Part shown: positions 38,301 to 46,700 of the stretch, one piece after another
How positions within the stretch are numbered: position 1 is the first letter of the stretch
Layout of the letters: every line of letters begins with the position of its first letter
DNA from: a virus
Direction: 5' to 3' (one strand)
IMG/VR virus record: IMGVR_UViG_3300028394_000037
DNA length: 64,000 nucleotides
The notes under the pieces: generated by a model
Told to the model about the DNA's origin: nothing
Databases searched by the model: none
The model's input: only the letters and a program-made list of their open reading frames with translations
Position numbers and translations under genes: made by a program

Positions 38301-41192
38301 ATTTACAATCAATAAATGATAAACACCATCTTGAACTCCAGGTAAATATTTTGTAATTTCCTGTGCTCTATAGATTGATAGAGTTTCTTTCAGTCTTCTT
38401 CTTACAAATCTTGGTAAAGATGTTGTTCTATTCGATACATCACTTTGAAATGTTCCAGGATCAGTAGTCAATCCAACAGTAAATTGTTTAAGACTTGAAA
38501 TACCAACAACAGAATAATTTAGATTATATCCAGAACCATAAGTTGATGTTGTGTTTGTAGAGCTCTTTACATTGTATACATCAACCTGACTTCCAACTGA
38601 TAAGTCGTGTGGAATTTCAGTATCAAAATATGCATAAGTCCCATCCCAAGATGCATTTGCAATAATTCTAAAGTTTCTTAACTCATTTTCATTGCTTAGT
38701 GTTGATGTTGTAGGACTGTATAGTGCAGAAACTTCAGAATCAGAAATTCCAATTGTTGTACTAGATTCTTGAATTACATATCCATCTAATGGTGGTCTTG
38801 CAGTTGTAACACCAGAAGAAGCTGGTATTACATAACGAATCCTATAAACAGTATCCAATACATTTCTGTTATCTACCTTTCTTGTAATATAAGATCTTGG
38901 TGTAACTGCTCCAAGTGAAGTTGTCCCAAAACCAACAATTGCAGAATATAACGTATTTTCAGTAGATGCTGATGATACATTAATATACCAATTATTTTGA
39001 GATGTATCATACTGAATTGGATGTCCAATATTCCCTACAATTTTATCAATAACTCTACTTTCTATTGTTAATATTCCACCTTTGTTATTGAGTGGTATTG
39101 CAGGTGTTGCATTAATAGCATCATTTAAAGTTTTTGCAATTTTAATTTGATCTGTTCCAACTCCAGAAGTAATTGCATAATAAGTTGTATTTGGAGTTAA
39201 ACCATCAGGTAAACTTCCATTATAACTCTTTATGCGAATTGTTTCTCCATTTATAAAGTTATGTGGTTGTGTTAATGATAAAGTATTGGAAGTAATACTA
39301 TTAATTCCTGCTGCAGATTGATTAACTTGGAACGACTTAATTGCGGAAATTTGATTTGAAGTTCCTTGTGTATTTGGCATCACAATTTTTGCCGAATACT
39401 GTGTAGAGGATCCAGAACTTGAAATTAATACATTGAGTGTATCATTTGTCTTTGCACCTATTCTGAAACCTTCAATTACGTGATTTGGTGGAGAACCTAA
39501 ATTAGTTTCATTATAAAGATATAATCTACTTGTGCTTGCAACACCTACAGTTTTTGCAACATCAATACCAATAAACTCAATTGAATTTTCTAATGTTTCA
39601 AGTTCTCTTGGTGGAATAATATGAGTAATATATCCAACATCATCTCTGGGAAATGCTTCTCTTTTAAATCCAGAAGCAACTAATGCTTTTGATCCAAAGT
39701 TTGAATTGGAGTTATTGATTGATTGGTCTCCACCAGATTCTGTTAAGAAATGTGCGTAAAATCCTATCGCAAAAATAGAAACATTTTGAATATATGCATC
39801 ATTAGTTGTTTTAATATGGAAGTTTCTATATGTTGGTTTATATACTGCTTTGGAATTATTACTAATCGTTTCATTTCCTGCTACAGTACTATCATCATAT
39901 GATCCTGTAATTGGATTATAAACTACAAAAGCATTATCATCTTTCTGTAAACTAATACCAGTAAATTGAGCAATAACCATAGACTTAAATCCGGTTGCTC
40001 TATCTCCATCTGCGAGAACACCACACATACCATAAACAGATCTCAGTGATAGATTAAAGATATATGGTGATGCCGAAGTTACAGTATCATTAGAAAGAGA
40101 TAATGATGAACCAGTAACTACAGGAAGTGCTATTGCCGGAGAGTTTTGTACTTTATATTTGATTTGAGTATCACTTACTTTTTCACTTACAACAAATTGG
40201 CCATTATATCCATTTGCAGTAATACCTTGAATACGGAAAGAAGTATCTACATCTAATCCATCAACTGCAGATGTTGTAGTAACAGTAATTGTTGTAGTTG
40301 CAGTGATTCCATCACCAGCCTTAATACTTGAAATACCTATGGACCCTCCACTTGGTCCCACAATACGATACTCATCAATTTTTGCTTGTATATCTAAACC
40401 TGAAGATGGATAATCTGGTTCAATTGCACGTCCAGAAGATTGTCCATATACAAGTCCAACTTTTTCATAATACATATCCAGATCAGTACGATCCGTTGAA
40501 TATGTTTGAAAATCATCATCAATATTTACAGAACTTACACCATCTGCATATTCAAAGCAAGAAAGTTTGTGATGTGAAAAATTAGGAACAAATACATTAC
40601 TAGTATAGTCCATATAGCACTGACCATTTGGATCAGCATCAAATATTGAAAATTGCCAAAAATAACATCCACCAGTTACACGAAATACTGTAGATCTTTC
40701 AATATTATCATTGATTGGATTTGGAACATATTTTGGACGAATCTTAGTTTTTCTTAAATCTAGTCCAACAATGGAAGTACCTCTTGGTACAATCACTCCA
40801 CCGTGAATACTATTCAGTTTATATAAAGAATTATTTGATACTGTTAAATCAAAATTTGATGTTAAATCCCAAGCAGGCAAATCATTAGATGTTGTTCCGT
40901 TTCTTAATCTATAATTATTTGCACCATCAGGTATCCAACCAGGACGATTATCTACAACGTGATCACCAGGATATAATAAAATCGTCGTTTTACCAAATCT
41001 ATCGTTATTCAGACCTCTCTGATATGAAAATCTTGCAGATTCAATCAGTGCTCTTTGAATTGTTTTAAATGGACGAGTTAAACTGTTTCCTTGATTTTCT
41101 ATGCTATCAGTGGCATCCAAATCATTTGGACTTACATATAGAATATTTCCACGAGCATTCTTCAAAAAATTATCTAAACGACTTAATCCCAT
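35349..41192 (-). CDS. Large cyanomyophage virion structural protein, 1947 aa
   Basis: LSRLDNFLKN...DATDSIENQGNSLTRPFKTIQRAL start recalled from T4-like cyanophages. The C-terminal domain resembles the adaptor C-termini. Confidence 0.75.
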   Translation of the reverse strand: MGLSRLDNFLKNARGNILYVSPNDLDATDSIENQGNSLTRPFKTIQRALIESARFSYQRGLNNDRFGKTTILLYPGDHVVDNRPGWIPDGANNYRLRNGTTSNDLPAWDLTSNFDLTVSNNSLYKLNSIHGGVIVPRGTSIVGLDLRKTKIRPKYVPNPINDNIERSTVFRVTGGCYFWQFSIFDADPNGQCYMDYTSNVFVPNFSHHKLSCFEYADGVSSVNIDDDFQTYSTDRTDLDMYYEKVGLVYGQSSGRAIEPDYPSSGLDIQAKIDEYRIVGPSGGSIGISSIKAGDGITATTTITVTTTSAVDGLDVDTSFRIQGITANGYNGQFVVSEKVSDTQIKYKVQNSPAIALPVVTGSSLSLSNDTVTSASPYIFNLSLRSVYGMCGVLADGDRATGFKSMVIAQFTGISLQKDDNAFVVYNPITGSYDDSTVAGNETISNNSKAVYKPTYRNFHIKTTNDAYIQNVSIFAIGFYAHFLTESGGDQSINNSNSNFGSKALVASGFKREAFPRDDVGYITHIIPPRELETLENSIEFIGIDVAKTVGVASTSRLYLYNETNLGSPPNHVIEGFRIGAKTNDTLNVLISSSGSSTQYSAKIVMPNTQGTSNQISAIKSFQVNQSAAGINSITSNTLSLTQPHNFINGETIRIKSYNGSLPDGLTPNTTYYAITSGVGTDQIKIAKTLNDAINATPAIPLNNKGGILTIESRVIDKIVGNIGHPIQYDTSQNNWYINVSSASTENTLYSAIVGFGTTSLGAVTPRSYITRKVDNRNVLDTVYRIRYVIPASSGVTTARPPLDGYVIQESSTTIGISDSEVSALYSPTTSTLSNENELRNFRIIANASWDGTYAYFDTEIPHDLSVGSQVDVYNVKSSTNTTSTYGSGYNLNYSVVGISSLKQFTVGLTTDPGTFQSDVSNRTTSLPRFVRRRLKETLSIYRAQEITKYLPGVQDGVYHLLIVNSSNSPSANPFTELRFSQPIQNFYPQTNRDNPNSDPKAAISYALSDPIGQVVVDDPQNSITKETLGRGLVDFGVGIGLTNIVSNSVGTAHTFYTKTDHGLNRITTVSIASSGAGYGSGTAGSLYNAQLIGVGDTTGKHATARITVNTSGNITDVKIIDGGSAYGIGNNLSVVGVATTSGYSSAVVTVTGIYDATGECLSIAGIVPASLDVYNTVYKISGISTGKSKEINVVPSSTVYPPLTTGLGVTATAYANVVNAGKSINISTLTYDNVSGISTITTIQNHGLGIGNKFTVGGATSSIYNSDFIVKKINSLTQFETYIGIGTIAPATTGTKTIYIKGFVSQGGVINVENENISGRLLTQYAGITTTLSAAISNATNTTISLTNVTNLNLEIGDYLLIDNEILRVKQTVSGNPISVFRGIYGTHATSHISGSVVRRIKLKPIELRRNSIIRASGHTFEYLGFGPGNYSTAFPDRQDRQLTEQEELLAISTKLDGGINVFTGMNDKGAFYVGNKKVNSATGQEQVFDSPVPTVTGEDVLTGVSVGFDALTPLEISVSRSIRVEGGTDSTLISQFDGPVVFNNKITSNSSKGIEAYSLFLQGDATISRKYTVGVTQPSISGNPGDVTYFSDPSKGGYAGWVYTLENGWYRFGNISLSQSENHMIFDRVGIATTTAGTASFVVGSGSSLFSVNGTGVGIGTTSGSYKLQVNGTTNVIGTCYANYFSGDGSLITNVNVSAAGWQQVTGGIYNTNLNNVGIGTSVPRFNLELGSVGSSSTSLYVNGKAVFAGFTTTQDVIVGGMLTSTSFRFDSTSSNIRAGIITATTLSVGTNGSAITASSDLVGIGTVSPRAKLDIEGSVRFKTYFEVVEALTSSSGVVTIDLSKAQTFTFTPTEAVTSFTLLNPPAGSTGFTLKITQGSTGYSVGIDTFRNSVGTAIPIYWAGGGVIPIVTTTANRTDIYSFKTFDGTNITTSGIFGIVGGQNFL

Positions 41193-41230
41193 CTTATTTG
41201 CACTATAAGTTCTATTATGTTTTATTTATC

Positions 41231-41294
41231 ATACAACAAAACCTCCCAAGAAGGAGGTTATGAAGCACACGGAAGGGGTTTGGTTGTATCGCCT
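41231..41294 (-). ncRNA. Candidate small structured RNA
   Basis: Has its own promoter. Outer stem ATACAAC/GTTGTAT encloses CCCCTTCCGTGTGCTTC and an AACCTCC/GGAGGTT hairpin. No ORF. Confidence 0.5.
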
Positions 41295-41299
41295 TTGAT

Positions 41300-41328
41300 A
41301 TTATATACTACTTATCAGAATATGTCGA
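41300..41328 (-). promoter_or_regulatory. sigma70-type promoter
   Basis: TCGACA-17 bp-TATAAT. Confidence 0.7.
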
Positions 41329-41476
41329 GACCTTTATAATCTGTAATGAAGCAAGTGCGGAAAAGACTAAAAGAAAGGCGTGAAAATAGTCCACGATTAA
41401 AATTTCTTTTTACCTTTCTATGTAGAAATATCAAAACATATATTGAGTATTTTTATCAGCATATTAAAACATTGAA

Positions 41477-41549
41477 TAGGAGTGGTGGGATTTGAACCCA
41501 CGCTGTATGGATTTTAAGTCCACTGCCTCTTCCGCTGGGCTACACTCCC
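41477..41549 (-). tRNA. trnL: tRNA-Leu(UAA), 73 nt, CCA not encoded
   Basis: Cloverleaf GGGAGTG TA GCC CAGCGGAAGA GGC A GTGGA CTTAAAA TCCAT ACAGC GTGGG TTCAAAT CCCAC CACTCCT A. Confidence 0.9.
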
Positions 41550-41573
41550 AAAAAGGGATCAGACCCTCTTTGA

Positions 41574-41735
41574 CTACATCAGTTCTCCACGAAGTTCAGC
41601 AAGCTTTGCAGTTGCAAGTGATTCTACACAAGTCCAATAGAGTTCTCCACTTACAATATTTTCATCCGCAAAATGTTCTGCCACATCTTCTTGAAGTTGT
41701 TGAAGTTCGGTCAAAGCGTCTCGGGTAATCATCAT
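41574..41735 (-). CDS. Small acidic hypothetical protein, 53 aa (not in the ORF track)
   Basis: MMITRDALTELQQLQEDVAEHFADENIVSGELYWTCVESLATAKLAELRGELM, directly behind a consensus promoter. Confidence 0.7.
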   Translation of the reverse strand: MMITRDALTELQQLQEDVAEHFADENIVSGELYWTCVESLATAKLAELRGELM

Positions 41736-41760
41736 GGGTGGTTCGTTGCATCACCCATAT

Positions 41761-41789
41761 ATCATAGCACGGATGCCCTGTGGTGTCAA
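41761..41789 (-). promoter_or_regulatory. sigma70-type (early) promoter
   Basis: TTGACA-17 bp-TATGAT. Confidence 0.85.
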
Positions 41790-42481
41790 GGGGTCTCAAC
41801 CACCAATTTTTCAACGTCTATTCTTTCTGCATGAACTAAATAAAAACAATCAATATTGGATTCGCACATAGATTTAATTCTAATATTCTTATCATCAAAA
41901 TCAGATACAACTAAATTTTGATTATATCCAATTTCAGTTAGAGAAACTGTAATGCTATCAATATTTACCAAGTCTTTCCAATAATCAGGAAGAGTTATTA
42001 TATTAGATCCAGTAATTCTTCCTCTAATATAAACAGCATGTTCTGGTCCTTCCAAACATCCGTGCATTAATCTCATACCATCTTTTGATGGATGTGGAAT
42101 GTCAAAAAATTTTACTGCTGCCGATAAAACTCCAAGAACTCCAAGATTTCCATTAACTCCAGCATTTCCAGCAACTCCAAGATTTCCAGTAACTCCAAGA
42201 CTAATAGCAACTGTTACATTTCCACTGAATGTAGATTGAGATGAATTTACGGTAAAAGTTGAAAGTGCTCCAGTATTACGTTCTAATGTAACATTTGATG
42301 TATCAGAACCAGTCAGATGCAAATAAACATAATCTGATGTTGTATTTAATAATGCCATTCCAACATCATTCAATTTAAATACTGGATCCTCAAAAATATT
42401 TGAGAAGTCATCATTATCTCTAAAAATATACTCTGTTCCAGTACCAGTAAATGTACCGTATTGCTGAAATGTAAATGCCAT
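41786..42481 (-). CDS. Spike/fibre-like protein with C-terminal intramolecular-chaperone-like domain, 231 aa
   Basis: GNLGV repeats followed by KFFDIPHP...HGCLEGPEHAVYIRGR. Confidence 0.6.
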   Translation of the reverse strand: MAFTFQQYGTFTGTGTEYIFRDNDDFSNIFEDPVFKLNDVGMALLNTTSDYVYLHLTGSDTSNVTLERNTGALSTFTVNSSQSTFSGNVTVAISLGVTGNLGVAGNAGVNGNLGVLGVLSAAVKFFDIPHPSKDGMRLMHGCLEGPEHAVYIRGRITGSNIITLPDYWKDLVNIDSITVSLTEIGYNQNLVVSDFDDKNIRIKSMCESNIDCFYLVHAERIDVEKLVVETP

Positions 42482-43143
42482 TAAGCGTCAATCTCCGTAA
42501 CTAATCTTTCAACATCTTGTCTTGTACCAAAGATATGATAAAAACAATTAATAGGAATACCAGGTTTTGCTTGAAGATAAACTTTATTATCTGATATTCT
42601 TTTTACAATAACATCCTGATGAGCTCCGATTGGAGTCAGTGATACAGTAATTGTAGTTGAATCTACTAATTTTGTCCAATATTCCGGAAGTTCTATTTCT
42701 GTACGGTTCAAAACTCTTCCACGAACATATACTGCATTTTCTGGACCTTCTAAACAGGTATGAACTAATTGCTTTCCTTGTTTTGTTGGGTGATTAATTA
42801 CAAAGTTTTTAATTTGTGCTTGTAATATTCTTGTTCTTACAATATCTGCTTCAACAAACTTTGTCTTAATAAGTTCATCTACTCTTACAAACTTCTCAAA
42901 TCTTGCAGTTAATTTACACCACAAAGAATATAATGGTGCAGTTTTTACATCCTCATTTGCTGTAATTCCGATCATCAACGTTGCTTTATTTTCTGCAAAT
43001 TGTTGTGCTGCACCAACTTGCAATGGTCCTTCTACATACGCAGATCCACGAACTTTTTCATCACCCAATCCAAGAGCAGTTGGAGTTCCTGCACCAACCA
43101 TAAGTTGCCCACCAGAAGCAACATCATCAAATAACATTGACAT
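42481..43143 (-). CDS. Protein with the same C-terminal chaperone-like domain, 220 aa
   Basis: KNFVINHP...HTCLEGPENAVYVRGR. Confidence 0.6.
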   Translation of the reverse strand: MSMLFDDVASGGQLMVGAGTPTALGLGDEKVRGSAYVEGPLQVGAAQQFAENKATLMIGITANEDVKTAPLYSLWCKLTARFEKFVRVDELIKTKFVEADIVRTRILQAQIKNFVINHPTKQGKQLVHTCLEGPENAVYVRGRVLNRTEIELPEYWTKLVDSTTITVSLTPIGAHQDVIVKRISDNKVYLQAKPGIPINCFYHIFGTRQDVERLVTEIDA

Positions 43144-43145
43144 TT

Positions 43146-43763
43146 TTAATCCTCCACTTGATTATTTTCATTGCAGACATCTTGCCCGCCAACTTTAGAA
43201 TCCCTAGTTTTAACTGCATCAGTCACACCACGAATTATAGAACTATAAATTTTCATTGAAGAATTTGCAACTATTTCTGCAGTTCCGGTTGTTACTAATT
43301 TATAATGTGCTGTTCCCTCAATGAATACTTTTTTACCTTTAACGATAGTAGATTCTGATGAGGTTATACGAATGTTACCCTTATCACCACCTTCACCAAC
43401 AGCAACTAAATCAATATTAACTCCCTCAAGACGAATATTACCTTTATCTGCCTTAATAATTATATTACCATTTACTGCATTTATAAGTAAAGTATCTTCT
43501 GCTTGTGCAGAATCCATTCCACATTTAATTTGAAATCTACCAGGACTTGTGGATGTTGTGGTTCCTTTTCTTTGACCGTTTTTATCCAAAACAATTGAGT
43601 GTCTTCCATCAGTTGCCTGAAGTAAAACATCTGCAGTTACAGCTCCATCTTTATGTATATGACCAAAAGATATTGAACCGTGATCATTTCCAAATCTGAT
43701 TCCAGTATAAGTACTATCTGCAGTTGACCCAGGCGTATTTTTTGTATTGATAGGTGTTGGCAT
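43146..43763 (-). CDS. Putative baseplate spike beta-helix protein, 205 aa
   Basis: Alternating beta pattern INAVNGNIIIKADKGNIRLEG, located downstream of gp5. Confidence 0.55.
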   Translation of the reverse strand: MPTPINTKNTPGSTADSTYTGIRFGNDHGSISFGHIHKDGAVTADVLLQATDGRHSIVLDKNGQRKGTTTSTSPGRFQIKCGMDSAQAEDTLLINAVNGNIIIKADKGNIRLEGVNIDLVAVGEGGDKGNIRITSSESTIVKGKKVFIEGTAHYKLVTTGTAEIVANSSMKIYSSIIRGVTDAVKTRDSKVGGQDVCNENNQVED

Positions 43764-43765
43764 AG

Positions 43766-46700
43766 TTATTGTAGAGTTCCCGGAATGTTGAGTTTTGGAT
43801 CATTAGCAGTAACATCAGTACCAACTCTTTGAATTGCACTTGGAGGTGTTGTTACTTGAGCAGTAATACTTTCTTGAAGAGTATCATATACACGAATTGG
43901 TTCTCCAATCGTTTTATAATATCCAGCATATTTAGCACCCTGATCATAGAACACTGAACCATAATATGCTCTACCATCAACATATCCAGTTTGTTTCAAT
44001 CCAACCAAATCAGTAACCTGAAGAAGTTTTTGTCTTTCTCCGGTTAATGCAGGATCTAATGGATCTCTAATCACTTTAAATACCGGAGTGAAGGATGCAT
44101 TTATTCCTGTTTTAGATGGAAGAGTAATTCTTGGATATACTGAAAAACAAGTTCCTTCACTTACTATCTTCACTTCCTTTATTTTACCAAATGGATCACA
44201 TATGTAATCCAATACTACTCCATTATCAGGTACTATACTAAGTTTGTCAACTCCACATTCATAATTAATTCCAGGATCATCTATAATAACACTTTCCAAA
44301 ATTAAGCATACCGGATATCCCGAAACTTGTGGTCCTGGTGTTGGAGGTGGTGGTGTTGGTGTTGGAGGTGGTGGTGTTGGTGTTGGAGGTGGTGGTGTTG
44401 GTGTAGGAGTAGGTGTTGGAAATGGAGTTAATGATCCGCAACGTACAAAACTTCCAATAGGAGCACTTGCATTTAATGTCATAATAATATTACCATCAGT
44501 ATCAAGAATTACCAAATCATTATCCGATAATTTTGTTAATGGTGGTATTAATTCAGATCCTACATAAACTGTTCCTGATTTAGATGATATTGGACCATAT
44601 ATTCTTCCACCATCCAAATCATATACTTTACTTGCATTTATAGTTATGTTATTATTGCCATCTTTTACTTCAAATGAATCTGCTGGTGATGATATTTTTA
44701 TGTCTATTGATTGTTTTCCAGTTTTCTTAGTTAGATCCAAATAAATTCCTGGACCAGTATATCCTTTAGTTGATGTACTACAGATAGGATTTGGCCCTGG
44801 AGGTGGTGGTATTGGAGTAGTTTGTTCACATTTACCAGTAGTTGAATTAAGAGTATATCCAGGATTACATTCACATTTTTGTGTTACCAAATTATATGTT
44901 GCATTTGGATCTTTACAATTTTTAATAGAAGGAGTATTACCTTGAGCAGCAGGAATTACTTTAGATACAACACCCTTACCACTAATTTTCTTGGGACAGG
45001 GTGGAGAAATTAAAACTGCAGAAATCGCAACAGGATTTTGTTGCCAAGAAAAAGCATCCGCTTCTATGACGGAAGTTTGCTTTGTAATTTCAAGAGCAAC
45101 ACCAGATGGATTTACTGCGAATATATCAGATGCAACTTTAGTATTTGTAAGAGTTATTACAAGATCATAAGTCCCTTTAGTTATATTTGCAATATCTTCA
45201 ATAGGATCTCCAACAAAATCCGTTGTTGTTCTTATATCTACTCCATTAATTGTAAATGATGCAATATTATCTCCTTGCATTTTTACCTTATAGGAACCGT
45301 CCTCTGGAAAAGTTACATTTCTCCACGTAAGAGTGAATGTTCCAGTAATTGCTGCATTTGGAGAATTGACATCCCCCAGATATGGAGATACGGAATACTT
45401 ATTCATATAATCACTCCATCTCTTATCATTCCAATGAACTAATGGAATTCCCTCATATGTTATTTTATCCTTTTGTGTTATAAAATTACTATTTGTTTGT
45501 TGTGGTGAAGTTGGTATAACAGTAGGGGCATAAAAAGCAGTTCCTTCTCTTTGGAATCCTAATGCAGCCAAAGATGGCATTTCATTCGTATCCAATGTAA
45601 GAAAATGTTCTCCTGTTCCGAGACGAAAATACCTAATCACCTCAGATCTATCTACTCCTGGAGTATCATATGCTGCTCCAACAACACCCTCAAAGTTATA
45701 CCCTATAGCAACTGCATTATCTTTTTCAGGTATGCTGGTTGTATATAAGTGATCTCCAGTAGGTCCATGAAATAAACGATATACGGGTACAGTTCCCGAT
45801 ACTTGATTAATATCTTTAAATAACTTAAAGGCAAGACCTTCTTCATTTAGATTGTTTTGTTCTATAAATTCTGTTGTTGGATTTGAAGTATAGAAATGTT
45901 GACTTTGTGCTGGTCCACCAAAATCAAAGGTAAAAAACCTTCTCATATCAACAGTTTCTACTGGTTTAGATATTATTGGAATACTAGACTGCCAATCCAA
46001 AGTACTAAAAATCTTAAGATCAATAGTAGATTTTTTATCAATTGGTGAATTGGTAACTTCAGTTGTAATTTTATGTTTTCCTTTTGTAAGAAATATTTTT
46101 GATGAACCTGGATTTTCTACATTAAATCCTTCAGCATTATGAACTTCTTTTCCATCAATAAGTATTCTTCCACTATTATCTGCAGTTGCCTTAACAGCAT
46201 AATATCCATCATAAGCAATATCTACTTCCCAGTCATTACTATGAGTTACACCTGCAGAATCACTTGATGGAGTATCTAATGGAGGAACAGGAGACAATGC
46301 ATACCTGTTCATAAAGTTACTCCAAGGAGAATTTTTAGAGGGGGGCGGAGTAGAAGAATTAGAACTAGGAGTATTAGTTTGCTGTTTGGAAATAATATCT
46401 TTAAGTTTTAGTCCTTCCGCACCGTCTCCACTAATAGTAATAGATCTTCCGCTTCCAGCACCCGGTCTAGTTACCATTTGTCCAGGAGGAACCGAAAGAG
46501 TTGTAAAAAAATCTCCTTGTGCATCTTTTCCATAATATATTTCTGTTGCCCCACCAAGGATTGGTAATGGTTTATCCAAAACTATTTTTGTATCAGGAAC
46601 TAATGTTAATGGAGGTATAGGAGCAGGAGTAGTGATAGCAGGAGTAGGTGGAGTATATCCTACAGGATAATATCTTACAGGATACCAAGATTTTTTTGCA

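Noticed and set aside
41346-41495. 49-aa basic plus-strand ORF after a TATAAT
   Set aside because: No -35 box or RBS, it opposes local transcription and it overlaps the tRNA.
41492-41728. 78-aa plus-strand ORF
   Set aside because: Antisense to the tRNA and to the better-supported 53-aa gene.
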